A stretch of 64,000 nucleotides of DNA from an uncultured Opitutales bacterium (lineage in GTDB: Bacteria > Myxococcota_A > UBA9160 > SMWR01): NCBI GenBank assembly GCA_964194865.1, contig CAXMOC010000023.1, forward strand, positions 1,400 through 65,399, given 5' to 3'. A program made the translations under genes and the position numbers. The number at the start of each line of letters is the position of its first letter. Positions within the stretch are counted from its first letter, which is position 1. The notes under the pieces were generated by a model. The model saw only the letters and a list, made by a program, of their open reading frames with translations, did not search any database and was not told the origin of the DNA. Shown one piece after another: positions 10,227 to 18,851 of this stretch.

Positions 10227-10792
10227 GCCGCTTCATCGAGACGAAAATCCCTGGCGCCATCATCGTCGAGCCCTCCGTGCACCGAGACGAACGCGGCTTC
10301 TTCTTCGAGTCCTACCACGCGCCCCGCTATCGCGAGGGCGGCATTCACGCTCACTTCGTGCAAGACAACCACTCCCGATCGTCCCGGGGCACGCTACGCG
10401 GCCTGCATGGGCAGAATCCTCACGCCCAGGGGAAGCTCTGCCGCGTAGTCGCTGGCGAGGTCTTCGACGTCGCGGTGGACGTGCGCAAGGGATCGCCCAC
10501 CTACGCGCAACACTTTGCGACGACCCTTTCGGCCGAGAACTTCCGGCAGATCTACATTCCGCCGGGCGTGATTCACGGCTTCCTGGTCACCAGCGACTTC
10601 GCAGAATTCGAATACAAGTGCACCGACCTCTACTACCCGGAAGCCGAGTTCAGCGTGGCCTGGGACGACCCGGACATCGGCATCCGCTGGCCGATCGATG
10701 CCCCAGTTCTTTCTGAGAAGGATCGAAGTGCGCCGCGGCTGCGCGACGTCGAGAAGCGATTGATCGACTTCGAGCCAGAAGGCGATCGCTAG
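10223..10792 (+). CDS. rfbC: dTDP-4-dehydrorhamnose 3,5-epimerase
   Basis: TTG start overlapping the rfbA stop; [59 protein letters not shown]. Confidence 0.96.
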   Translation: MSRFIETKIPGAIIVEPSVHRDERGFFFESYHAPRYREGGIHAHFVQDNHSRSSRGTLRGLHGQNPHAQGKLCRVVAGEVFDVAVDVRKGSPTYAQHFATTLSAENFRQIYIPPGVIHGFLVTSDFAEFEYKCTDLYYPEAEFSVAWDDPDIGIRWPIDAPVLSEKDRSAPRLRDVEKRLIDFEPEGDR

Positions 10793-10813
10793 GAGCCGGC
10801 CGGAAACTCCTAG
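10789..10813. terminator. Short inverted repeat joining two convergent stop codons (possible bidirectional terminator)
   Basis: CTAGGAG-N11-CTCCTAG spans the rfbC stop and the stop of the opposite small ORF; no U-tract. Confidence 0.3.
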
Positions 10814-10971
10814 GTCTCTTCCTTGACTTTGCAGTCCTCGCTGCCGGGGTCGGCCGTGAGGCGACAGGGTGTGCCGCAATAGGTGCAGAAGAGCTCTTCT
10901 CCCGATCGCTCGTCGCCGCCGAGCGGGAAGTCGGCGTCGCAGATTGGGCAGCGGAGGTCGGGAATACTCAC
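10810..10971 (-). CDS. 53-aa zinc-ribbon/rubredoxin-like protein (LysW-like fold), absent from the ORF track
   Basis: GGAGG then GTG: MSIPDLRCPICDADFPLGGDERSGEELFCTYCGTPCRLTADPGSEDCKVKEET*; CxxC...CxxC spacing as in LysW-type zinc ribbons. Confidence 0.7.
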   Translation of the reverse strand: MSIPDLRCPICDADFPLGGDERSGEELFCTYCGTPCRLTADPGSEDCKVKEET

Positions 10972-11033
10972 CCTCCGCCAATCGGAACGACACCGGCGCG
11001 CCTTGAGCCCCTGTCAGGCTTGCGGCGGAGAGA

Positions 11034-12050
11034 TCATGGGCTTGGCTCCGGGATCCGCTCGAAGCTCACGGCGCGCTCCCAACCCGAGGTCGTTCTCAGC
11101 TCCCCATCGCCCTCGATCAACAGCCCGTGGCAGCCCTCCTGGGCCGCGACCAGGGCCAGACCGGCTTCGGCCTCGAGGATCAGCAATGCCTTGCTGAGCG
11201 CCTCGGCGAGCGCCGCACGCGGTGCGACCACCAGGGCCTGGCGCGGGCGCAACAGAGGCGCACCGCTGCGTGGATCGATGATGTGCCCGTAACGCTGTCC
11301 GCCGATCTCGGACCATTGGCCGAGGCTGCCCGAGACCGACAGGGCTCGATCCTTCAGCGTGATCAAGCCGACGTAATCTCCTTCGGGTCCACGGACGAGC
11401 AACCGCCAACCCGAGCTCGCCGGAGGCGCGCCGAGCGCCCAGGTACTGCTCTGTCCGAAGTTGAGCAACGCGCTGCTCGCGCCGTGCCGTTCGAGCACGG
11501 GCAGCATGAGATCCAGCGCGTAGCCCTTGGCGACACCCCCCAGGTTCAGCGCCATCTGCTCGCGCCGGAGTGCCGCCGTGCCGTCGGGCCCGAGCTCGAT
11601 GAGCTGCGACCCCACGCGTGCGCGGGCCTCGGCCAACTCGCCGGGCGTCGGAGGCGCGCCGCGCTGGGCGGCCCGGGTCCACAGCTCCACGAGGGGGCCG
11701 ACGCTCACGTCAAAGGCGCCGCCGGTGAGCTCCGCAAAGCCGATCGACCGCTCGAGCAGGTCGGCAACTCGGCCATCGACGCGCTGTGGGCCTCCACCCG
11801 CCGTCCGGTTGAGCCGGCTGACCTCGCTGTCACTTTCGTAAACGGACACCAGCGCGTCGAGCTCGTTCGCAACGGCGTAGAGCTCATCCAACACCGGCGC
11901 GGCCGCCTGACGCTCCAGGCCGTGGAGCGAGATCTCGAGCACCGTGCCCATGACGTAGCGGCCGTCGGAGACGGGCGTTGCCGGCGGTGGTGTGGCACAC
12001 CCCAGAGCCACCAAGAGCGGCAGAGCCGCACAGCCGAGGCGCTGGCTCAA
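11034..12050 (-). CDS. apbE: FAD:protein FMN transferase (ApbE), lipoprotein
   Basis: Lipobox VALGC, VMGT, SEVSRLN, GAFDVSVGPL, LNLGGVAKGYALD, SVSG, HIIDPRSG; TTG start overlaps the upstream stop. Confidence 0.93.
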   Translation of the reverse strand: MSQRLGCAALPLLVALGCATPPPATPVSDGRYVMGTVLEISLHGLERQAAAPVLDELYAVANELDALVSVYESDSEVSRLNRTAGGGPQRVDGRVADLLERSIGFAELTGGAFDVSVGPLVELWTRAAQRGAPPTPGELAEARARVGSQLIELGPDGTAALRREQMALNLGGVAKGYALDLMLPVLERHGASSALLNFGQSSTWALGAPPASSGWRLLVRGPEGDYVGLITLKDRALSVSGSLGQWSEIGGQRYGHIIDPRSGAPLLRPRQALVVAPRAALAEALSKALLILEAEAGLALVAAQEGCHGLLIEGDGELRTTSGWERAVSFERIPEPSP

Positions 12051-12571
12051 ACGTCCGCGTCGGAGTCGGCGGGTGGTTCGCCGTCGTAGTTGTGCTGGGT
12101 GCCCGAAAAGACCGACCAGAGCGACAGGCCGACCAGCAGTGCCAGGCTGGCCTGGAGCGCGAGAAAGCCCGCAATCTTCAGGTAGGCGAAGTGGGGACTC
12201 AGGTAACGGATCAGCCAGCCGGAACCCTCGTCGAGCAGGGCAGCGAGAAACGGCGTCACGATCAGCCACGCCTTGGTCCGATTCCGAAGCGGAACGAAGA
12301 GCATCAAGTGGGTCAGAACCAGCAGCAGCATTCCCATCGCGAACAGGTGGAAGTGGGACACCTCCAGCAAGCCCTGATAGCTGCGGGGCGAGAGGAAGCG
12401 CTGCTCGGAGCCGAGGTAATAATCGATCACGGAGCTCGGCGTGAGGTTCATCTTGCTGAAGTACAGCAGCGCGTTGGTAAGCCACAGACCGGTCACGTAC
12501 AAGGCGTAGAGCGAGACGATCGTCTGAAGCAGTCGATTGCGGGTCCACTCGCCCGTGATCACGAACCGCAC
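12047..12571 (-). CDS. Four-TM membrane protein with intramembrane His residues (possible heme b electron donor)
   Basis: GTG start MRFVITGEW; hydrophobic helices with LLEVSHFHLFAMG and LTHL; lies between the FMN-binding gene and apbE. Confidence 0.7.
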   Translation of the reverse strand: MRFVITGEWTRNRLLQTIVSLYALYVTGLWLTNALLYFSKMNLTPSSVIDYYLGSEQRFLSPRSYQGLLEVSHFHLFAMGMLLLVLTHLMLFVPLRNRTKAWLIVTPFLAALLDEGSGWLIRYLSPHFAYLKIAGFLALQASLALLVGLSLWSVFSGTQHNYDGEPPADSDADV

Positions 12572-12573
12572 AG

Positions 12574-13119
12574 CTATCGTCCGTCGTGGATCAGGACCTC
12601 GTAGAACGCGAGCGCTCGTCGAACCCCCCGGGTGGTCGCCCGCGCCGAGAGCGTGGCGCCCACCACCCCGTGCACGTCTCCGCCGACGCGCAATGGAGCA
12701 CCGAGCGATTTGCGATCGAACTGGCGGTACCAACGATTGGTCGGCTTGTACTCCAGGGGCTCGTGAAAGGCCAGGACGCGCAGTGAGCGCACCTCGCCCA
12801 AGGGGTTCAGCACAATCATGAAGGCTTCGGGCAGCGTCCGAACGTTGTGGATGTCGATCACCGCGTAGCCGATGACGCCGCCTTGGCTGATGCCCTTGTA
12901 GATCTTCACGAGCTTCGAATCGAGCTGACACTTGGCCAGCGCCTGGATCCGCTCGACCTGTTCGTCGTCGAGGACGAAGAGCTGCGATGCCACCTCGTCC
13001 GCATCCGGGAAAGCCCACTCGAGCGCTTCGCTCTGGGAGTAGAAGACCTTGGCAGGAGCCGCGGCGGCCACGAGTAATCCGACAAGAAGCACGGCCGCGG
13101 CCGCGAACCTAGAAGACAA
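12574..13119 (-). CDS. Secreted FMN-binding domain protein (ApbE substrate)
   Basis: Signal peptide (AAAPA), FHEPLEY, flavinylation-like motif DVHGVVGATLS; start uncertain. Confidence 0.85.
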   Translation of the reverse strand: MSSRFAAAAVLLVGLLVAAAAPAKVFYSQSEALEWAFPDADEVASQLFVLDDEQVERIQALAKCQLDSKLVKIYKGISQGGVIGYAVIDIHNVRTLPEAFMIVLNPLGEVRSLRVLAFHEPLEYKPTNRWYRQFDRKSLGAPLRVGGDVHGVVGATLSARATTRGVRRALAFYEVLIHDGR

Positions 13120-14497
13120 AGCCGACCCCCAGATTGAACTCGTCGGGCAGGCCACCCGACTCTGCGTCGCGATTTCGGTAGTCCGCCTTGATCACCACCC
13201 TCGGAATCGGCTGGAAGGACAGCCCCACGGTGTAGATCTGAATCTCCTTCGACTCGTCTTTGGAGAAACCATCCGGCAAGTCGCGCTGCGTGTCGTAGTA
13301 CTCGTAGCGGAAGAAGGGCTCCAGCGACTTCTCGGTGTCGGGGAAGAAGAGAGGCATGAGGTCGTAGGCCACCTCGCCGTAGCCGCCCAACATCTCGCCG
13401 CCCACCGCTTCGCCGGGCCCGAGCTCGCCGCTGCCACCGCCATCTCCCACCGGCCCGAGCGCCCGGCTGAGATCTCCGGCGTCACCGATGTGGGCCATGG
13501 TGAACAACGAACGCAGGTGGAGGCCGCGGTCCCGGTACTGCGCGTGCAGCTCCCAGACCGTCGTCGGAGTCTCTGGAATCTCTATGCTGTAGGCACCGAA
13601 GGTTCCGCCGGCCGCAACGTCAACGCTCTGATTCTGCCCGGACTTTCCGTAGTAGACCGAGCCGCCGAACAGCAGAGTCTCGATCGGCGTCCAGTCCAGC
13701 CGCGCGACGAAGGCCAGGTGCTCTGCAAGCGCCCGGTTGCCCTTCTGCCGCCCCCCGCGCAGCCCGCTCGAGTCGAAGCCTTCGGCGTTGAAGCCGTTGA
13801 TCACGTAGGCCTCGTAATCGAGCTGCTCGACGAGCGTTCCGTGCAGCCCAACGCCGTTCTCGCGCCAGGTACTGGGGATGATCTGACGCTCCACCTCGGG
13901 GCGATGCACGCCAAAGAAGAATGGCGGCTCGTGATACTGGTTGATGAAACCCATTGGGACGAGCACCAGCCCCGCCCGAATGTTCGCCCAGTTCTTGAGC
14001 AGGAAGTCGAGATACGCGAACTCGACAGACACGCTGCCGCCACCGGAGCTCTTGGTGGAACTCGTCGTCGCGTGTTCGAACTCGATCTCCGAGTTGAAGA
14101 GGATGCGATCGCTGAACTTGTACCCGCTGTAGAGCACCATGCGCAGCAGGTCAGCGCGATCCTTGCCGCTGCCCGCGTCGTCGACGAGCTTGCTGTAGTG
14201 GCCCTCCCCGTAGCCGCCGAGGGAAAGGCCGCGGGACATCTCATAGACCTTCGAGGCACCCGGTCCGAGTCCGAACTTCCCCTCCAGATCGGACTCGCCG
14301 GGCACGGCCATGTCGCGGCGGGTGCGCTCGAGCTCCTCGGCCAGCGCGGCCACGATGCGCTCTAGCTCCGCGATGCGATCTTCCTGAGCGAGCGCGGTAT
14401 CCGTGGTCTCGGCCCCAGCCCTTGTGGCGACGGCCAAGGCCGCCAGAGCAACCAGCAGCCACCCGGCTCGGACCACCCCAAGCTCTCGCACGCTCAT
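13109..14497 (-). CDS. Outer-membrane porin/beta-barrel with N-terminal coiled coil
   Basis: Signal peptide, coiled coil (IAELERIVAALAEELE), GGYGE, FNSEIEFEHA, HEPPFFFGVHRP, IIPSTWRENG, C-terminal aromatic GVGFVF. Confidence 0.8.
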   Translation of the reverse strand: MSVRELGVVRAGWLLVALAALAVATRAGAETTDTALAQEDRIAELERIVAALAEELERTRRDMAVPGESDLEGKFGLGPGASKVYEMSRGLSLGGYGEGHYSKLVDDAGSGKDRADLLRMVLYSGYKFSDRILFNSEIEFEHATTSSTKSSGGGSVSVEFAYLDFLLKNWANIRAGLVLVPMGFINQYHEPPFFFGVHRPEVERQIIPSTWRENGVGLHGTLVEQLDYEAYVINGFNAEGFDSSGLRGGRQKGNRALAEHLAFVARLDWTPIETLLFGGSVYYGKSGQNQSVDVAAGGTFGAYSIEIPETPTTVWELHAQYRDRGLHLRSLFTMAHIGDAGDLSRALGPVGDGGGSGELGPGEAVGGEMLGGYGEVAYDLMPLFFPDTEKSLEPFFRYEYYDTQRDLPDGFSKDESKEIQIYTVGLSFQPIPRVVIKADYRNRDAESGGLPDEFNLGVGFVF

Positions 14498-14579
14498 CGA
14501 GCCAACTCCCAGGACCACTCGCGCTCCAGCCCCTGTGGGCTCGGTTGCCGCGCTCTCGTACTCCGCCTCTACATCGCTG

Positions 14580-14610
14580 AATGAAATTGAAAATCACATT
14601 CAATTTCATT
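14580..14610. promoter_or_regulatory. Fur-box-like operator
   Basis: Perfect 12-bp inverted repeat AATGAAATTGAA-N7-TTCAATTTCATT, AT-rich in GC-rich DNA, between fur and the porin start; 13/19 match to GATAATGATAATCATTATC at 14583-14601. Confidence 0.85.
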
Positions 14611-14750
14611 TAGGAGCGCAGACTAGCCCCCGAGCGCGTTTGCTGTCAACTCGACAGGCCTCGAGGGAAAGCCCTAGAAGGGCACCGGGATCAGATGATG
14701 GAGTTGCCCTGTCCCCGTGGGGACCGATTCGCTGTCAGCCGGTCGGCCAA

Positions 14751-15188
14751 TCAGTCGGAGTCTTTGCGGCACGCCTCGCAGTGGCCGTACAGCTCGTGGC
14801 GGTGACGCAGTACTCGGAAGCGGTAGCGGTCGGCGATCTCGAGCTGGGTGCTCTCGATCATCTCGCACTCGAACTCGATGATCTTGCCGCAGCGCAGGCA
14901 CACCAGGTGGTCGTGGCGCTCGTGCTCGATCTCATAGCGGGTAACGCCATCATCGAAGTGGCGCTCGCTGGCCAGCCCCGCTTCGCACAGCAGCTTCATC
15001 GTACGGTAGACCGTGGTGAAGCCGATTGTCGGATGCTGTTGCCGAACGCGCGTGTAGATCTCGTCGCTGGTGATGTGGCCGCTCGCTTCGAGAAAGATCT
15101 CGAGAATCGCCTGGCGTTGCTTGGTGTGCTTTAGATGATTCTCTTCGAGATATTGGGCCAGTGAACGCTGTTCGACCTCGTGCGCCAT
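14751..15188 (-). CDS. fur: Fur-family transcriptional regulator
   Basis: TKQRQAIL, HITSDEIY, TTVYRTMKLL, HHDHLVCLRCGKIIEF, GHCEAC. Confidence 0.93.
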   Translation of the reverse strand: MAHEVEQRSLAQYLEENHLKHTKQRQAILEIFLEASGHITSDEIYTRVRQQHPTIGFTTVYRTMKLLCEAGLASERHFDDGVTRYEIEHERHDHLVCLRCGKIIEFECEMIESTQLEIADRYRFRVLRHRHELYGHCEACRKDSD

Positions 15189-15255
15189 CGCACCACCATG
15201 ATAACCGAGCTTGGGCGATTCAACCGCGGCGATGCCGTCGGAGACGGCGTTTGAA

Positions 15256-15741
15256 TCAGAGCCGCTCGTTCAGCTCCTCGGCCAGCTCGGCCACTTCATC
15301 GTTGGCATCATCGGCCAGCATGCGCACCTGCGAGCGCAGGCCCGACGATGCCTTGAACGACCCGGAGCCACAGAGGGCCCGAAGCGCCTCGAGGCCCCCC
15401 ACCACCAGCTCCACCTCTCCGCAGTCGAGAAACATGGAGAGCAGCGCGGCGTCGTCGGGGTAGCCCGCCGCCTCACGGTAGCTGCGGCAGGCGGCTGCCA
15501 GCCCGCTGGTGCCGTGGGCCGCCCGCACGTCCGACGCAAGCTTCTCGACCTCGGCGCCACCCTTGCTCGAGAACATGCCGTCGAGCTGTTTGACGTAGTG
15601 CTTGGTCACCTGCTCGAGCTTCGCCTCGGAAACTCCGCGGGGGCGGGTCTCTTCCCGCTTGCCGCCCTCCCGGCGCAGACGATCGCGTTCACTGAAGGAG
15701 AGCTTTCCCCCATCGTTCCAGCTGCGATCGTCTCGGCTCAC
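15256..15741 (-). CDS. Hypothetical protein
   Basis: GTG start overlapping the upstream stop: MSRDDRSWNDGGKLSFSERDRLRRE...; helical, coding-like composition. Confidence 0.65.
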   Translation of the reverse strand: MSRDDRSWNDGGKLSFSERDRLRREGGKREETRPRGVSEAKLEQVTKHYVKQLDGMFSSKGGAEVEKLASDVRAAHGTSGLAAACRSYREAAGYPDDAALLSMFLDCGEVELVVGGLEALRALCGSGSFKASSGLRSQVRMLADDANDEVAELAEELNERL

Positions 15742-16109
15742 GGCTCGCCTTCTTCTTTGTGGGCTTCCGCCACCCGAAGGTTCGCGACGGCGGCAGAGTT
15801 GTCGCAATCGAGGTCGACGGCGCGGCGGAATGCAAGCTGCGCATCGCCGTCCCGACCGGCGGCCCAATAGGCCAGGCCGAGGTGGTTGTGCACCTCGGAC
15901 GCCTCCGGCAAAAGCTCGGCGGCCTGCTCGAGCTGCTGAATTGCCAGGGCTGGGTCGCCGCGATCCAACGAGGCCGTCCCATCGTGATACAGGCGTCCAC
16001 CCTGGAAGCTGCTGCACCCCAGCGCGACGGCGGCCAGAATGAGGGCTGCCAGACCGCTCGCCCGTTGGGGCCAACCGCGGGGATCACTTTGGATTCGCGC
16101 TGACATCAT
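15738..16109 (-). CDS. TPR-repeat lipoprotein
   Basis: Lipobox VALGC; TPR pattern AIQQLEQAAELLPEASEVHNHLGLAYWAAG...AFRRAVDLD. Confidence 0.8.
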   Translation of the reverse strand: MMSARIQSDPRGWPQRASGLAALILAAVALGCSSFQGGRLYHDGTASLDRGDPALAIQQLEQAAELLPEASEVHNHLGLAYWAAGRDGDAQLAFRRAVDLDCDNSAAVANLRVAEAHKEEGEP

Positions 16110-16205
16110 CCCCTTTTACTCCCACCCGCGTGGGACTGCAATGCTTCAGCTTGCCCCGGAACCAGCGTCGTGGTACCCCTCCGCTCCACGGCGAGGGACC
16201 GATGA

Positions 16206-16283
16206 ATGACTAACCCCAGCAGAGATCAGATGATCGTCGCTGTTCAGGCGGCGGTCGAGGTACGCGTCCCCGCGCCCACCTGA
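16206..16283 (+). promoter_or_regulatory. Putative leader peptide (MTNPSRDQMIVAVQAAVEVRVPAPT*) upstream of the MATE gene
   Basis: 25-codon ORF after GAGGG, ending 23 nt before a terminator hairpin. Confidence 0.45.
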
Positions 16284-16306
16284 TAGAGCCCAAACGAAGA
16301 TACACC

Positions 16307-16338
16307 GGCCGCGGACGCAGACGAACCGCGGCCTTTTT
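16307..16338 (+). terminator. Intrinsic terminator/attenuator in the MATE leader
   Basis: GGCCGCGG-N11-CCGCGGCC followed by TTTTT, 17 nt upstream of the MATE ATG. Confidence 0.7.
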
Positions 16339-16355
16339 CGTTCCCGGAGCTCTTC

Positions 16356-17726
16356 ATGACCCCGCTTCCCGAAACGGCACCCCCCTACCCCACCCGGTCG
16401 ATTCCCGGCGGCTCTCGCGAGGTGCTGCTGCTCGCCTATCCGGTGGTCCTGACTCAGCTCTCCCAGACACTGATGGGCGTAGTGGACTCCGCCATGGTCG
16501 GGCGCCTGGGCCCCACCGAGCTGGCCGCGGTGGGTTTCGGATCGATCTGGCTGTGGACGATCTTCTCCATCGTCTTCGGAACCGCCAGTGGCATCCAGAC
16601 GTTCGTCTCCCAGGCAGATGGTGCAGGTCGGCCAAGAGAATGTGGCCGCTGGGCCTGGCAGGGGTTCTACGCGGTGATCCCCCCCTGCGTTCTGTTCGTA
16701 GGGCTGCTGGCCTGGCTGACGGTGCCGCTGCTCGACCTCTTGGGACCCAGCATGGAGATGCGCGTATCCACCGCGGCCTATGCCAAGGCCCGACTCCCCG
16801 GCGAACTCGGTGTGGCGGTGGTGATGGTGCTCACGTCCTTCTTCCGAGGCTTCGGCGACACAAGAACGCCGCTCTATGTCACGCTCTTCGCCAACGCACT
16901 CAACTTCGTTCTCGACTACGGCCTCATCTTCGGAGAGCTCGGCTTACCCGCGTGGGGAGTAACGGGCGCCGGCGCGGCCACCGCAGTGGCCAACTGGTGC
17001 GGAGCCTTCGTCCTCATCGCGGTCTTCCGGCGTCGCTCGCTCTCCGAACGCTTTGATACGAGCCCGACGCCGCCGGATCGAGAGCTGATTCGGCGCTTTT
17101 TGCGAACCGGCGCTCCGATCGGCGGCCAGTGGTGCATCGGGATGATCTCGTTCGCGTTGTTCACCACGGTGGTGGCGCGGATGGGCGATATCTCGATGGC
17201 GGCCAGCCAGGCCTTCGTCATGTTGCTTTCGCTGTCGTTCATGCAGGCGGTCGGCATATCGATCGCCTCGTCGACGCTGGTGGGACGCTACGTCGGAGCG
17301 GCCGAGCCCGCGGCAGCAATCCGCAGCTTTCGCTCTTCGCTTGGCCTGGGCGTGATCCTGGCGTTGTTCGTCGCTGTGATTTTCTTGGCTCTACCCGATC
17401 CCCTGCTGCGAATCTTCACCGATGATCCAGCCGTGATCGAGCTGGGACGCCCGCTGCTGCGGCTAGGGGCGGTGTTCCAGTTGTTCGACGCCGTAGCAAT
17501 CATCTCCGAGGGCGCGCTGCGAGGCGCCGGCGATACCCGCTGGCCTTTCGCGATGGAAATCGTGCTGGGCTGGGGACTCTTTCTTCCCCTCGCCTACCTG
17601 CTGGGAGTCGTCCTGAACGGTGGGCTGACGGGGGCCTGGATCGGCGCCTTGATCCACATCACGGTGTTGGGCGGCGCGCTGTTCTGGCGCTTCCGTTCCA
17701 ACGCCTGGCAGCGCATCGAGATCTGA
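16356..17726 (+). CDS. MATE-family efflux transporter
   Basis: About 12 TM; LAYPVVLTQL, VDSAMVGRLG, GFGDTRTPL, LIFGELGLPAWGVTGAG, FQLFDAV, GALRGAGDTR. Confidence 0.95.
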   Translation: MTPLPETAPPYPTRSIPGGSREVLLLAYPVVLTQLSQTLMGVVDSAMVGRLGPTELAAVGFGSIWLWTIFSIVFGTASGIQTFVSQADGAGRPRECGRWAWQGFYAVIPPCVLFVGLLAWLTVPLLDLLGPSMEMRVSTAAYAKARLPGELGVAVVMVLTSFFRGFGDTRTPLYVTLFANALNFVLDYGLIFGELGLPAWGVTGAGAATAVANWCGAFVLIAVFRRRSLSERFDTSPTPPDRELIRRFLRTGAPIGGQWCIGMISFALFTTVVARMGDISMAASQAFVMLLSLSFMQAVGISIASSTLVGRYVGAAEPAAAIRSFRSSLGLGVILALFVAVIFLALPDPLLRIFTDDPAVIELGRPLLRLGAVFQLFDAVAIISEGALRGAGDTRWPFAMEIVLGWGLFLPLAYLLGVVLNGGLTGAWIGALIHITVLGGALFWRFRSNAWQRIEI

Positions 17727-17745
17727 GCCGTCCGAACCCCGAAGC

Positions 17746-18594
17746 TCAGTGAGACAATCGAATCCGGGCGACAACGGGGAGATGGTCCGAAGCGCGCTGA
17801 GCCGCGCGACTTTCGTGGGCGGATATGTCGACCACGCGAACCCCGCGAGTGTAGATGCGATCGAGGGCGAGAACAGGCCGCGCGGCGGGAAACGACAGCG
17901 GAAATTCCACGCTCGCCAGCTCTTCGTCGAGCGCGCGGGTTGCCGGGCAGCGCCGCCAGGCGTTCATGTCTCCGAGCAACACGGTCGGGCCGCGGCCCAG
18001 TTGGGGATGGTCCAGCAGTGCGCGCACCTGTTTGTGCCGCGTGCGGTCTGCTAGCGCCAGGTGCGTGGCAACTACCTCGAGGACACCGCCCTCGGACGGA
18101 ATCTGGGCGGCCACCGCGACGCGGCTCTCGAGCCGCGAGTATGAGAGGTCGAGCATCGACACGCTGCCGAGCGGCCAGCGCGAGAGGATCGCGTTGCCGA
18201 GTTCTCCGTGCTTGTGGACGCGTGTAGCTGCGAACGTCACGTAGAGCCCGAGAGCTTCGGCGAGCGTCTCGAGCGGGTCGTCGCCGCGATGCGGACGCGT
18301 AACCTCCTGCAGCGCGATGACGTCCGCGCCCAGCTCGGAAATCACGAACCCAGCCCGCGCTGGGTCCGGCGCGCCGCGGCCGTTATGGCCCGTCCAGCGG
18401 TGAACGTTGTAAGTGGCCACGGTGATCTGCCGCCGCATCGGGCGCGTCGGCGGCGCCACCGATGGCGCGCGCAGGAGACACAGATGGGGAGTGTTCAGAT
18501 GTTGCCGTGTGCTGGCGGCCGCGCCCTTGCCGGCAGCGGCGCGGCGTGCCCGCGTCTTGCGGGTCTTGCGGGCGGTCTTCTTCGTCGCGGTCAC
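17746..18594 (-). CDS. Endonuclease/exonuclease/phosphatase (EEP) family protein
   Basis: ATYNVH, DVIALQEV, GNAILSR, ATHL, GDMN, LDRIY, ASDHLPV; basic N-terminal tail, start uncertain. Confidence 0.9.
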   Translation of the reverse strand: MTATKKTARKTRKTRARRAAAGKGAAASTRQHLNTPHLCLLRAPSVAPPTRPMRRQITVATYNVHRWTGHNGRGAPDPARAGFVISELGADVIALQEVTRPHRGDDPLETLAEALGLYVTFAATRVHKHGELGNAILSRWPLGSVSMLDLSYSRLESRVAVAAQIPSEGGVLEVVATHLALADRTRHKQVRALLDHPQLGRGPTVLLGDMNAWRRCPATRALDEELASVEFPLSFPAARPVLALDRIYTRGVRVVDISAHESRAAQRASDHLPVVARIRLSH

Positions 18595-18851
18595 GGAAGC
18601 CTCCGGGGGCGAGCCGCTGGCATGCCCCGTGCTCCTTCGGCGTTGCGGTGTCGTGAGTGAAACCCGTTCGAAGCCGACTTCGACGTGCTCCCCCCCAACC
18701 GCCCAGAACATAGCCACCGCTTCAGCGGGGGGAAGTTCCCACGCTGCGATTACCGACAGCGGGGTGCGACCGTATGACGCAAGCTGCTGTATTCAATGCA
18801 CTTCGGGGCCGGGGCAAGCGGGAGCCCAATCAGGCCGATAGTAAAGGGAAG

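Noticed and set aside
10810-10971. True LysW amino-group carrier
   Set aside because: Lacks the C-terminal EDWGE, and no lysX/lysZ/lysY genes are nearby
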